A stretch of 59,832 bases of DNA, the filler included. It is 7 parts of 7 records of this genome, joined end to end, with 100 filler letters (N's around TTAATTAATTAA, not from the genome) between each part and the next. Parts side by side here need not be neighbours in the genome. Positions count along the whole stretch, not along the records: positions 30,981 to 45,952 come from SRR2962707_3310; 6 more parts are not named here. One strand, written 5' to 3'. Of this stretch, positions 35,743 to 46,052 are shown piece after piece; the first letter of the stretch is position 1; each line of letters begins with the position of its first letter. Position numbers and translations under genes: made by a program. Under the pieces are notes generated by a model, which had not been told where the DNA came from, searched no databases, and was given only the letters and a program-made list of their open reading frames with translations.

Positions 35743-37096
35743 CATATTGGTTGTTGATGACGAAGCCGACATTCGCGAAATCGTCTCGGGCATACTCGAC
35801 GATGAAGGCCACGAAACCCGCATGGCGGCAGACAGCGATTCCGCCCTTGCCGCGATTTCGGACCGGGTGCCGCGCCTGATTTTTCTCGATATCTGGCTGC
35901 AGGGAAGCCGGCTGGACGGGCTGGCGTTGCTCGACGAGATCAAGGCCCGCTATCCCGAGTTGCCTGTGGTCATGATATCCGGCCACGGCAATATTGAGAC
36001 CGCCGTGTCGGCGATCCAGCGTGGGGCCTATGATTTCATCGAAAAACCCTTCAAGGCTGATCGCTTGCTGCTGGTCGCCGAAAGGGCGCTTGAAACCTCC
36101 AACCTCAAGCGGGAAGTCACCGAGCTCAAGAAACGTTCGGGCGACCCGGTCGAGTTGATCGGCACATCCGTCGCGGTTTCGCAGCTCAAGCAGGCGATCG
36201 ACAAGATTGCCCCGACCAACAGCCGGGTGATGATTCTCGGTCCTTCGGGATCCGGCAAGGAGCTGGTGGCGCGTCTGATCCACCGCAAGTCGACGCGGGC
36301 AGGCGGGCCTTTTGTGGTTCTCAATGCCGCAGCGATCACGCCTGAGCGCATGGAAGTGGCGTTGTTCGGCACCGAAAGTGCCGCCAGCCACGAGCGCAAG
36401 GTCGGCGCGCTGGAAGAGGCGCATGGCGGTATCCTGTATCTTGATGAAGTGGCCGACATGCCGCGCGGCACCCAGAGCAAGATCCTGCGGGTGCTGGTCG
36501 ATCAGCAGTTCGAGCGGGTAGGCGGCACCAAGCGGGTCAAGGTGGATGTGCGCATCCTGTCCTCGACTGCCCGAAATCTTGAAGAGCTGATTGCTGCAGG
36601 CGAGTTCCGCGAGGATCTCTATCACCGCCTCGCAGTGGTGCCGGTCCGGGTGCCATCGCTGAGTGAACGGCGCGAGGATATTCCCTTCCTGGTCGACATG
36701 TTCATGCGTCAGGTCTCCGAGCAGGCAGGCATTCGAAACCGGCGGATTGGTGATGATGCACTGGCCGTGATCCAGGCCCATACCTGGCCGGGGAACATCA
36801 GACAGTTGCGCAACTATATGGAACGGTTGATGATTCTGGCCCGCTCCGACGGCCCGGACACGGTCATCAACGCCGGCATGTTGCCCGATGATGTCTCTGA
36901 CATGCTGCCCAAGACATCTGCTGCGGGATCAGACCACATCATGACCCTGCCTTTGCGCGAGGCGAGAGAGTTGTTCGAGCGCGATTATCTGATCGCTCAG
37001 ATCAACCGGTTCGGCGGCAACATTTCCAGGACCGCGGAATTTGTGGGGATGGAACGCTCTGCCCTGCATCGCAAATTGAAATCGCTTGGCGTATAA
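35732..37096 (+). CDS. ntrX: Response regulator NtrX
   Basis: MASDILVVDDE, AAA+ domain without GAFTGA, GMERSALHRKLK. Confidence 0.96.
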   Translation: MASDILVVDDEADIREIVSGILDDEGHETRMAADSDSALAAISDRVPRLIFLDIWLQGSRLDGLALLDEIKARYPELPVVMISGHGNIETAVSAIQRGAYDFIEKPFKADRLLLVAERALETSNLKREVTELKKRSGDPVELIGTSVAVSQLKQAIDKIAPTNSRVMILGPSGSGKELVARLIHRKSTRAGGPFVVLNAAAITPERMEVALFGTESAASHERKVGALEEAHGGILYLDEVADMPRGTQSKILRVLVDQQFERVGGTKRVKVDVRILSSTARNLEELIAAGEFREDLYHRLAVVPVRVPSLSERREDIPFLVDMFMRQVSEQAGIRNRRIGDDALAVIQAHTWPGNIRQLRNYMERLMILARSDGPDTVINAGMLPDDVSDMLPKTSAAGSDHIMTLPLREARELFERDYLIAQINRFGGNISRTAEFVGMERSALHRKLKSLGV

Positions 37097-37150
37097 GCGG
37101 CGCGAAGCGGTCATGGCCGCGCAAACGGATTGGCGCTTAAGGGGTCGGCA

Positions 37151-38527
37151 ATGAAGGTTATCATTTGCGGTGCGGGACGCGTGGGCTACGGCATCGCCGA
37201 ACGCCTGGCAGCCGAGGACAATGACGTCTCGGTGATCGACACCTCAGCCACGCTGGTCCAGGCAATCCGCGACACGCTTGATGTGCGCAGCTATGTCGGC
37301 CACGGCGCCCATCCCGATGTGCTGGCCCAGGCCGGTGCCGATCAGGCCGACATGATCATTGCCGTCACGCTTTACGACGAGATCAACATGGTGGCCTGTC
37401 AGGTCGCGCACTCGATCTTCAACGTGCCCACCAAGATCGCCCGCATCCGCGCCCAGTCCTATCTGAAATCACACTGGGCCGATCTGTTTTCCCGCGATCA
37501 CATGCCCATCGACGTGATCATCTCGCCTGAAGTCGAGGTCGGTCAGATGGTGCTGCGCCGCATAGCACTTCCCGGCGCCACTGATGCGGTCCGCTTTGCC
37601 GACGACAAGGTAGCGATGGTCGCCATTGAATGTCTCGAGGATTGTCCGGTGGTCAACACGCCGTTGGTGCAGCTCTCCGAGTTGTTTCCCGACCTTCTGG
37701 CCACAGTGGTTGGCGTCTGGCGCAACGAGAAGCTGTTCGTGCCGCATTCGTCGGACCAGCTAGAGACCGGTGACCTTGCCTATGTGGTGTGTGACAAGGA
37801 CCATGTCCGCCGTACGCTCGGCCTGTTTGGCCATGAAGAGCAGGAAGCCGGGCGCATTGTCATCTCCGGCGGCGGCAATATCGGCTATTATGTCGCGGCG
37901 GCGATTGAGGAACGGCAACCCAAGACCAAGGTGAAAATCATCGAGGCTGACCGGGCCCGTGCTGTCTCCATCGCCGATTCGCTCTCCCGCACGGTCGTTC
38001 TCAACGGATCATCGCTCGATCAGAATATCCTGGTGGAAGCCGATATCCAGAATGCTGATCTGATGGTGGCGCTGACCAATGATGATCAGGTCAATATTTT
38101 GTCGTCAGTGATGGCCAAGCGGCTCGGCTGCAAGGCCAATCTGGCTCTGATCAACAATCCGTCCTACCAGTCTTTCACCAAGACGCTGGGGATCGACGCC
38201 CATATCAACCCGCGCGCGGTGACCATCTCGAAGATTCTTCAGCACGTTCGCCGCGGACGTATTCGTGCGGTCTATTCGGTGCAGAAGGGCGCGGCTGAAG
38301 TCATCGAGGCGGAAGCGCTGGACACCTCACCGCTGGTTGGAAAGCCGTTGCGTAATCTGGAGTTGCCCGATGGCGTGCGCATTGGCGCGATCTACCGCGA
38401 CAAGCAGGTGCTGCGTCCCGATGGATCGCTCAAGATCAAGGCGAAGGACCGGGTGGTAATGTTCTCGGCACTCGAATCCGTGCGCCATGTGGAACAGATG
38501 TTCCGCGTCAGCCTAGAGTTTTTCTGA
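37151..38527 (+). CDS. trkA: Trk K+ uptake regulatory subunit
   Basis: Two RCK domains, GAGRVG and GGGNIG. Confidence 0.95.
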   Translation: MKVIICGAGRVGYGIAERLAAEDNDVSVIDTSATLVQAIRDTLDVRSYVGHGAHPDVLAQAGADQADMIIAVTLYDEINMVACQVAHSIFNVPTKIARIRAQSYLKSHWADLFSRDHMPIDVIISPEVEVGQMVLRRIALPGATDAVRFADDKVAMVAIECLEDCPVVNTPLVQLSELFPDLLATVVGVWRNEKLFVPHSSDQLETGDLAYVVCDKDHVRRTLGLFGHEEQEAGRIVISGGGNIGYYVAAAIEERQPKTKVKIIEADRARAVSIADSLSRTVVLNGSSLDQNILVEADIQNADLMVALTNDDQVNILSSVMAKRLGCKANLALINNPSYQSFTKTLGIDAHINPRAVTISKILQHVRRGRIRAVYSVQKGAAEVIEAEALDTSPLVGKPLRNLELPDGVRIGAIYRDKQVLRPDGSLKIKAKDRVVMFSALESVRHVEQMFRVSLEFF

Positions 38528-38531
38528 GCCT

Positions 38532-40001
38532 ATGCTCGGCATACTGCATGTTCTGGCAGTTGCGGTCGCGGGGCTTTTCTCGCTGATCGTCCCTGCCGTG
38601 CTGTTTGCCATTGCCGACGGCATGCGCGATCTGGCGCTGTCGATGCTGCTGGTCGGCTCGCTCGGCGTGTTCGCGGCACTGATGGTGCTGGGCTCGATTG
38701 CGGGTTTTCAGCGGCAGCTGGGACGGGCGTCCGGATATGTTGCGCTGGTGGCGATGTGGGTGCTGGTTCCGATGATCGCCGCGGTGTCGTTCAAGACCCT
38801 CGCCGGATTGAGCTGGATTGATGCATGGTTTGAAGCGGTGTCAGCGCTGACGACCTCTGGAGCCACACTTTTGTCGCGCGAAACCGTACCGCAGGCCATT
38901 TTGTTCTGGCGTGCCTCGATAGAGTGGTATGGCGGTTTCCTGACGTTGCTGTCGATCATCCATGTCCTGGCGCCCGGCGGGTTTGGCGGGTTGCCGGCCG
39001 GTGACCGCCGGATCATCACCGGCAATGCCAGCAACATGACCATCGATCTGGGGGATTTCCGGCAGGTGCTCGGCCAGTACGTCCTCATCACCTTCATCAT
39101 ATTTGTCGGCCTGATGCTGGCTGGTGTGGATGGACCATATTCGGCCATGCTGTCGATGGTCGTGATAGCCACGGGCGGGTTCCTTCCGTTCGAGGGGGCG
39201 CTCGAAAACCATGCCGGGCCGATGGCGCAACTTGTTCTCTCATTGGGTTTGCTGCTCGGGACCATCAGTGTTTTCTGGCGCCGACGCTTGCTGCGCACGC
39301 CAAAGCAGTTTTTGACCGGCAATCCGGAAATCGTGCTTGTTTTTGTCGTGGTTTTGCTGGTGGCCATACTTTACGCCGCCCGTTTGTCGGCGGTATCCGG
39401 TGGTTCCGCTCTGGGGCCGATCTTCATTGAAAGTCTGCTGGCGTCATCCTCGCTTGTCGCCACCAGCGGCATCGAGAGCCGGCCCGGCGTCATTGCTCTG
39501 TGGCCCGATCTCATCGTGTTGATGATCGTGCTCGTCGGCGGCGGCATCTATTCGACGACCGGCGGCTTCAAGATCTACCGGGTTGTCGCAATGGCGGTGC
39601 ATTCGGCTCGCGAACTCAATCAGCTGATCTACCCCAGCTCCGTCACCAACCTGCGTTTTGGCCGGCAGATCATCGATGAGAAAAGCATGCAGGCGATCTG
39701 GACCTATTTCTCGCTATCGCTGCTGATCGTTGCATTTGGCGCGATGGCTTTGACGCTGGAAGCCACTGATTTCGAAGGCGGTATTACCATGGCAATCGCG
39801 TTCTTTTCCAATGCCGGACCGGTTTATGAGGCGCTGATCCCGCCGTCTTTCGTCACTGAACCGGCAAATCAGCTGTGGCCGCAATTCCAGGCCATGCCGG
39901 TGTCCGCCAAGATTACAGCTGTCGTGATCATGACGCTGGGCCGGATGGAAGTCATGATCGTGTTTGCGGTTTTGAACGTCCGCTACTGGATGAGCCGATA
40001 G
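38532..40001 (+). CDS. trkH: Trk K+ uptake membrane subunit
   Basis: FEAVSALTTSG, ATGGF, STTGGFK, NAGP, LGRME. Confidence 0.88.
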   Translation: MLGILHVLAVAVAGLFSLIVPAVLFAIADGMRDLALSMLLVGSLGVFAALMVLGSIAGFQRQLGRASGYVALVAMWVLVPMIAAVSFKTLAGLSWIDAWFEAVSALTTSGATLLSRETVPQAILFWRASIEWYGGFLTLLSIIHVLAPGGFGGLPAGDRRIITGNASNMTIDLGDFRQVLGQYVLITFIIFVGLMLAGVDGPYSAMLSMVVIATGGFLPFEGALENHAGPMAQLVLSLGLLLGTISVFWRRRLLRTPKQFLTGNPEIVLVFVVVLLVAILYAARLSAVSGGSALGPIFIESLLASSSLVATSGIESRPGVIALWPDLIVLMIVLVGGGIYSTTGGFKIYRVVAMAVHSARELNQLIYPSSVTNLRFGRQIIDEKSMQAIWTYFSLSLLIVAFGAMALTLEATDFEGGITMAIAFFSNAGPVYEALIPPSFVTEPANQLWPQFQAMPVSAKITAVVIMTLGRMEVMIVFAVLNVRYWMSR

Positions 40002-40382
40002 AATCAGTTTTGGCCAAGCCTGAGCGCCCGCAAACTGTTGAAGGAAGGTGAAGGTTGATTTGCGGGTAGTGGCGTAATCCATCCACCATTGCGCGATGAC
40101 AAAACCGGTGGCGTAAAACTGCGCCCGCAAAAACAAGTGTTTACAAAACACCGCAACAATGGTCTTCTGCCGTTTGTTCGGACAAGCGAATATCTGTCAG
40201 CGGCAAGACTACCAGATCTGTCGGTCAGAGGGAGTGGGAATGTCCGGAACTTGACGTAACGCAAGCCAGTAGAGCTGCGGTACGCCTTTTTCCATGCTGA
40301 GGAAGGCGTAGTCATCAAGGGCTGGACACGTGCGGTAATGACCTGCGGTTAGCGGGCAAGAAAAAGACGGATAAAAGGCGCA

Positions 40383-40631
40383 ATGGCGGAGCGTTCACAG
40401 AACCTGCAGGATCTCTTTCTCAATACGGTTCGGAAACAGAAAATCTCCCTGACGATCTTCTTGATCAACGGGGTGAAACTGACTGGTGTGGTTACATCAT
40501 TCGACAATTTCTGTGTCCTGTTGAGACGCGATGGGCATTCGCAGCTTGTCTACAAGCACGCGATTTCAACCATCATGCCGAGCCAGCCTGTGCAGATGTT
40601 TGAAAATGAGGACGCCGCAACCGGCGCCTGA
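40383..40631 (+). CDS. hfq: RNA chaperone Hfq
   Basis: QNLQDLFLN...[12 protein letters not shown]. Confidence 0.99.
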   Translation: MAERSQNLQDLFLNTVRKQKISLTIFLINGVKLTGVVTSFDNFCVLLRRDGHSQLVYKHAISTIMPSQPVQMFENEDAATGA

Positions 40632-40644
40632 CAGGACAACGAAA

Positions 40645-42015
40645 ATCGAAACTGTAGATAGCTCAGGCAATTTCTCCGACCCGGACAGCAAGTCCGGCGT
40701 CATGCGAGCCATTGTGCTCGTCCCAACCTTGCGCACACGCAACGCAGCGCCCGGCAGCGGCGAGGCCGACAAGCGCCCCGATGCCAACCGGCTGGCGGAA
40801 GCCGTCGGTCTGGCAGGTGCCATCGATCTTGAAGTCGCCGAAGCGCTGATCGTGCCGGTCTCCGCACCGCGGCCTTCGACGCTTTTCGGCAAGGGCAAGA
40901 TGCTCGAAATCAAGGCGATGATTGATTCGACGGATTCCCATCTGGTTATCGTCGATCATCCGCTGACGCCGGTGCAGCAGCGCAACATGGAAACCGAATG
41001 GGCGGTCAAGGTGATCGACCGCACCGGTCTCATTCTGGAAATTTTCGGCCGCCGCGCCTCCACCAAGGAAGGCGTGCTGCAGGTCGAACTGGCACATCTC
41101 AATTATCAAAAGGGACGGCTGGTGCGCAGCTGGACCCACCTTGAACGCCAGCGCGGCGGGGGCGGCTTCATGGGCGGTCCTGGTGAAACCCAGATCGAGG
41201 CCGACCGGCGCTTGCTGCAGGAACGCATCATCAAGCTCGAGCGCGAACTTGAACAGGTCCGCCGCACACGGCAATTGCACCGTGCCAAGCGCAAGAAGGT
41301 TCCGCATCCCATCGTAGCCCTCGTCGGCTACACCAATGCCGGCAAGTCGACGCTGTTCAACCGCATCACCGGTGCCGAAGTGATGGCCGAGGACATGCTG
41401 TTTGCCACGCTGGACCCGACGCTCAGACGGATGAAGCTGCCGCATGGCGCGACAGTCATTCTGTCCGACACGGTTGGTTTCATCTCCAATCTTCCCACCC
41501 ATCTGGTCGCAGCCTTCCGGGCAACGCTTGAAGAGGTAATCGAGGCTGATCTGATCCTGCACGTACGTGACATGGCCGATCCAGACCGCGGTTCCCAGGC
41601 AGCCGATGTAGAGGCGATTCTCAACAGCCTCGGCGTTGGTGAAATCGAACCGCGCCGCATGCTGGAAGTCTGGAACAAGGTCGACCTGCTTGAAACCGAT
41701 GCTGCCGAAGCGCTCCGTGCGCGGGCTGAGTCAGGCGAGGCCATTGTCGTCTCGGCGCTGAAAGGCGAGGGCGTCGATGCATTGCTGACGGCCGTCGAGG
41801 AAAGAATTTCCGGCAAGCTGACCACTCGCACAATCGTGCTCACTGCGCAGCAATTGCCGGTAATGTCGTGGATTTACGAGCGTGGCAGAGTGAAGATCCG
41901 GGTCGATCACGAAGATGGATCTGTGGAACTCACCGCTGAATTCACCGCCTCCGACAGCCAGGATCTCGACCGGCAACTGGGCCTCGGCCCGAAGCCCGAA
42001 ACGGACGATTTCTAG
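40645..42015 (+). CDS. hflX: GTPase HflX (start ATC 40645 or ATG 40702)
   Basis: GPGETQIEADRR, GYTNAGKS, FATLDPT, DTVGF, NKVD. Confidence 0.95.
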   Translation: METVDSSGNFSDPDSKSGVMRAIVLVPTLRTRNAAPGSGEADKRPDANRLAEAVGLAGAIDLEVAEALIVPVSAPRPSTLFGKGKMLEIKAMIDSTDSHLVIVDHPLTPVQQRNMETEWAVKVIDRTGLILEIFGRRASTKEGVLQVELAHLNYQKGRLVRSWTHLERQRGGGGFMGGPGETQIEADRRLLQERIIKLERELEQVRRTRQLHRAKRKKVPHPIVALVGYTNAGKSTLFNRITGAEVMAEDMLFATLDPTLRRMKLPHGATVILSDTVGFISNLPTHLVAAFRATLEEVIEADLILHVRDMADPDRGSQAADVEAILNSLGVGEIEPRRMLEVWNKVDLLETDAAEALRARAESGEAIVVSALKGEGVDALLTAVEERISGKLTTRTIVLTAQQLPVMSWIYERGRVKIRVDHEDGSVELTAEFTASDSQDLDRQLGLGPKPETDDF

Positions 42016-42049
42016 GTCCGATTGCGATCCTACACAGGCCGTGCCTGTT

Positions 42050-42871
42050 TCAGGGTGAAGTCTTCGCTGCCTGCCAGAGCACTTCCATCTCTTCGAGCGT
42101 GGCGTTTTCGGGTGTCTTGCCTGTCTTGGCGAGCCCCGCTTCAACATAGGCAAACCGGTTGCGGAACTTGGTGTTGGTTGAGCGCAGCGCGTCTTCCGGA
42201 TCGGTTTTCAGATGCCGGGCCAGATTGGCGACGGCGAAGATCACGTCGCCCAGCTCACCTGCCGCCTTGTCGCTCTGCCCACTGGCGATTTCGGCCCTCA
42301 GTTCGCCGATCTCCTCCTCGATCTTGTCGAGCACCGGACCGGCAGCACCCCAGTCGAATCCCACTTGGGAGGCCGCCTGTTGAAGTTTCAGTGCCTCCAT
42401 CAGGGCGGGTAAGGCACGCGGCACATCAGATAGCTGCCCCTGAGTCTCTGCCTCCGCAAGGCCTCGGGCGGCGCGCCGTTCCCGCCGTTCGCGCTTTTCC
42501 TCCGCCTTGATCTCCGCCCATTGCGTTTTGACCCTGTCCGGCGTGTCGGCAGCTGAGCGCTCGAACACATGCGGGTGGCGGCGGATCATCTTTCGGGTGA
42601 TCGCCTCGACCACGTCTTCGAACGAGAACAGCTTTTGCTCTTCGGCCATGCGGGCATGAAACACCACCTGCAGCAGCAGATCACCAAGCTCGTCACACAG
42701 ATCCTCGGGATCATCGCGCTCGATCGCATCGGCAACCTCGTAAGCCTCTTCGATCGTGTAGGGCTTGATGGTGGAGAAATCCTGCTTGATGTCCCACGGG
42801 CAACCGGTCTCGGGATGCCGGAGCGCTGCCATGATCTCGATGAGACCGGAGATGTCGCGTGAAGGTTTCAT
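42050..42871 (-). CDS. mazG: Nucleoside triphosphate pyrophosphohydrolase MazG
   Basis: GCPWD, EEAYEV, ELGDLL, RRHPHVF. Confidence 0.96.
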   Translation of the reverse strand: MKPSRDISGLIEIMAALRHPETGCPWDIKQDFSTIKPYTIEEAYEVADAIERDDPEDLCDELGDLLLQVVFHARMAEEQKLFSFEDVVEAITRKMIRRHPHVFERSAADTPDRVKTQWAEIKAEEKRERRERRAARGLAEAETQGQLSDVPRALPALMEALKLQQAASQVGFDWGAAGPVLDKIEEEIGELRAEIASGQSDKAAGELGDVIFAVANLARHLKTDPEDALRSTNTKFRNRFAYVEAGLAKTGKTPENATLEEMEVLWQAAKTSP

Positions 42872-42990
42872 CGGGAGCTCGCCGCATTCCAAAGGTTTAT
42901 CGGTTTCGAGAGACTAGCCGAGCAGCATGACGCCCGCGACTTTTCAGCCCCGGGCGCCCGCGTTGTCCACAACTCAAGTCAGAAACGCGC

Positions 42991-43593
42991 TCAGTTGAGC
43001 GGAATGGCGTTGTCGTCCTTGCCTGACTGATAGGCGTTCGACAACTCGTCATAGCGCGCGCGGATGCGGTTCGCCTGCTCGAGCAACGGCTGGGCCTCGG
43101 CGTCGGGCAGCTTGGCCATGATGTCGAAGATCCCGCGTCCATGCCAGAAGGCGTTGTCGTGGTTGTAACCACCCGGCTCCAGCCCGAAGACTTCCTTCAG
43201 CATTTTCAGATCATGCGGAATGGCGAAACTGTCGCGTGAATCCTGATGGCTGAAGAAATAGAAGAAATTGTCGAACCCGCCCCAGGCAATAGCCGACATG
43301 CACATCGTGCACGGCTCGTGAGTGGACAGGAAAATCATGTCCTTGGTGGATTCGTTTTTGGCGGCAGGGGTTTCGTAAAAGCATTTGAGAAGATGTACTT
43401 CCCCATGCCACAGCGGGTTTTCTGTCTCGTTGTTGGTCTGCGCCATGACCAGGGACAGGTCCGGTTTGCGCAACAGCGCCGCGCCAAAAATCTTGTTGCC
43501 CTCTGCCACGCCTTTTTCGGTGAGCGGCAGGATGTCGTGTTCCATTACATCCAGAAGTCTGCGGACCAGGTCCGCGTTTTCGATGATCTCCAT
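42991..43593 (-). CDS. Zn-dependent nucleoside/nucleobase deaminase
   Basis: HGE...EPCTMC motif. Confidence 0.88.
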   Translation of the reverse strand: MEIIENADLVRRLLDVMEHDILPLTEKGVAEGNKIFGAALLRKPDLSLVMAQTNNETENPLWHGEVHLLKCFYETPAAKNESTKDMIFLSTHEPCTMCMSAIAWGGFDNFFYFFSHQDSRDSFAIPHDLKMLKEVFGLEPGGYNHDNAFWHGRGIFDIMAKLPDAEAQPLLEQANRIRARYDELSNAYQSGKDDNAIPLN

Positions 43594-43770
43594 TTTGAAT
43601 TCCGTTGGGTTCGTCCGACCGCATGAGCGCCAAGCATCGCGGTTACCCATTCTCCATAACCCGATTTAAGAGGTAAAAGAATATCTGAACCCGGCAATTG
43701 GCACATGTTTGTTTCTTCATTTGTTTCGTCCGTTTGCTGAAAATGGCTCCAACTCAGGAGTTTGATGGTT

Positions 43771-45216
43771 ATGGCGACGCAATCGGCGAAGTTGACAACA
43801 TTCCCCGCCTTCATGCGGGTGGACGCGAAAAAGGTGGCGATCTTCGGCAATGGCGCCGAAGCTGCCGCCAAGGCGCGCCTGGTCGCCAACACGTCAGCTG
43901 AAATTTCGGTCTATGCGGACGCCCCGGAAGCCGAACTGATCGACAGCCTGACGAGATTGGGTATTGAACCGCTGCGCGCGCCCTATGCTGCTGAACAGAT
44001 GGATGGCGCAACCCTGGTGTTTGCCGCCACAGGCGACGGGGCGCAGGATCGTGCAATCGTTGCCGCAGCCCGCGAGCGCCGGATCCCGGCCAATGCAGTC
44101 GATCAACCTGAGTATTGCGATTTTCTCACCCCGGCGCTGGTCAACCGCGCGCCGGTGGCAATTGCCATTGGAACCGAAGGCGCAGGCCCGGTGCTGGCGC
44201 AGATGATCCGCGCCCGTGTCGACCAAATGCTCTCGCCATCACTTGGTACTCTGGCCCGTCTGGCAGCCGACTACCGCGTTGCTGTCGACCGGTTGTTGCC
44301 GCGCGGCGTGGCACGCCGCCGTTTCTGGCGCAGGTTTTTTGAAGCCGATGTCGCGACCCACGTCGATAATGGCGACATCTCGCTGGCGCGCCGTGCTGCC
44401 ACCCGCATGCTGCGTGGCCGTGAACCGGTGCCGGGCCACATCTGGCTGGTCGGCGCTGGCCCCGGAGCCGAAGATCTTCTGACGTTGCGGGCACAGCGCG
44501 CCATGATGGAAGCCGATGCGATTGTTTATGACGCTCTGGTGCCCGAAGCTGTTGTGGCGCTTGGGCGTCGTGACGCGGAACGCTTTTCCGTCGGCAAGCG
44601 CAAGGGCTGCCATTCCAAGAGCCAGAACGACATCAACGATTTGCTGATCCAGCTTGGCCGCGAAGGCAAGCGCGTGGTCAGGCTTAAATCCGGCGATCCG
44701 CTGATTTTTGGCCGGGCAGGCGAAGAAATGGCAGCTCTCAGGGATGCCGGGGTTTCTTTCGAGATCGTTCCAGGCATCACTTCGGCCTTTGCCGCTGCCG
44801 CTGATTTCGAATTGCCGTTGACCCTGCGCGGTGTCGCGTCGTCATTAGTGTTTACCACCGGCCACGATCTGACCGGTGCAGCCCTGCCGGACTGGGCGCG
44901 GCTGGCCGTCTCTGGTGCAACGCTGTGCGTCTATATGGGCCGTACTGTTGCGGCCAGCGTCGCCACACGGCTGATCGAGGCGGGACTGCCGGCCGACATG
45001 ACAGTCGCCATCGTCGAAAACGCCTCGCGCGGCGATCGCCGCCTGTTCCACGGCACATTGGCCGATCTTCCAGCACTTGAGCACCGCACCGAGCTTGCAG
45101 GCCCGGTGATGGTGGTCATCGGTGATGCCGTCGCAGGTGCCAATTTTGAACACTCCACACCCATTGCCGCCGGCCAGCAAGCTGTTGCCGGTGCCACGCA
45201 AACCCAAGCCGCCTGA
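43771..45216 (+). CDS. cysG: Siroheme synthase
   Basis: NAVDQP..CDF, VGAGPG, RLKSGDP, VPGITS. AGGAG RBS. Confidence 0.95.
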   Translation: MATQSAKLTTFPAFMRVDAKKVAIFGNGAEAAAKARLVANTSAEISVYADAPEAELIDSLTRLGIEPLRAPYAAEQMDGATLVFAATGDGAQDRAIVAAARERRIPANAVDQPEYCDFLTPALVNRAPVAIAIGTEGAGPVLAQMIRARVDQMLSPSLGTLARLAADYRVAVDRLLPRGVARRRFWRRFFEADVATHVDNGDISLARRAATRMLRGREPVPGHIWLVGAGPGAEDLLTLRAQRAMMEADAIVYDALVPEAVVALGRRDAERFSVGKRKGCHSKSQNDINDLLIQLGREGKRVVRLKSGDPLIFGRAGEEMAALRDAGVSFEIVPGITSAFAAAADFELPLTLRGVASSLVFTTGHDLTGAALPDWARLAVSGATLCVYMGRTVAASVATRLIEAGLPADMTVAIVENASRGDRRLFHGTLADLPALEHRTELAGPVMVVIGDAVAGANFEHSTPIAAGQQAVAGATQTQAA

Positions 45217-45226
45217 GGAGGCCACG

Positions 45227-45550
45227 ATGAAAACCGCTCCGACCAAGACCAAGGTTCTCACCGCAAACCGTCTGACCGACGGTATCTCTGTCTGGCTTGG
45301 CGCCAACGGTGAATGGACCACATCGCTCAAGGACGCCTTTCTGGCGCGCCACGAGGATGCGGTGGCTGCCATAGAAGCCGCCGGCCAGCAGGCGCTCGAC
45401 GACAATCGCGTTGTCGATGTCAACGTCATCGAAATCGAGGAAACCGCAAGCGGCCTGCGCCCCTACCGGCTGCGCGAGCGCATCCGCGCCGATGGTCCGA
45501 CAATCGATTACGCGCCGGGTTTCACCGCCGGCGTTTCGCAAGCCGCCTAA
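45227..45550 (+). CDS. DUF2849 family protein
   Basis: KVLTANRLTDG..VWL, RERIRADGPT. Usual position between cysG and cysI. Confidence 0.9.
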   Translation: MKTAPTKTKVLTANRLTDGISVWLGANGEWTTSLKDAFLARHEDAVAAIEAAGQQALDDNRVVDVNVIEIEETASGLRPYRLRERIRADGPTIDYAPGFTAGVSQAA

Positions 45551-45560
45551 GGATTAATCC

Positions 45561-45952
45561 ATGTACCGTTACGATGAATTCGACCACGCCTTCGTGGCAG
45601 CGCGCGTCAGCCAGTTCACCGATCAGGTCGAGCGGCGTATGTCCGGCGAGATCTCCGAGGATGCATTCAAGCCGCTTCGGTTGATGAACGGCGTCTATCT
45701 GCAGCTGCACGCCTACATGCTGCGCGTCGCAGTGCCCTACGGAACGCTGGACTGCCGGCAGATGCGAAAGCTTGCGCATATCGCCCGCACCTATGACCGC
45801 GGATACGGGCATTTTACCACACGGCAGAACATCCAGTACAACTGGCCCAAGTTGTCCGACATTCCGGCGATCCTCAAGGAACTGGCCGACGTCGAAATGC
45901 ACGCGATCCAGACCTCGGGCAACTGCATCCGCAATGTCACCGCCGACCATTT
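45561..45952 (+). CDS. cysI: Sulfite/nitrite reductase hemoprotein; 3'-truncated
   Basis: MYRYDEFD, YMLRVAVPYG, HFTTRQNIQ, TSGNCIRN. Confidence 0.92.
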
Positions 45953-46052
45953 NNNNNNNNNNNNNNNNNNNNNNNNNNNNNNNNNNNNNNNNNNNNTTAA
46001 TTAATTAANNNNNNNNNNNNNNNNNNNNNNNNNNNNNNNNNNNNNNNNNNNN
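45953..46052. other. Artificial contig linker
   Basis: N-run, TTAATTAATTAA, N-run. Confidence 0.99.

Noticed and set aside
43698-43714. Sigma54 promoter upstream of cysG
   Set aside because: TGGCAC is present but there is no GC at the -12 position
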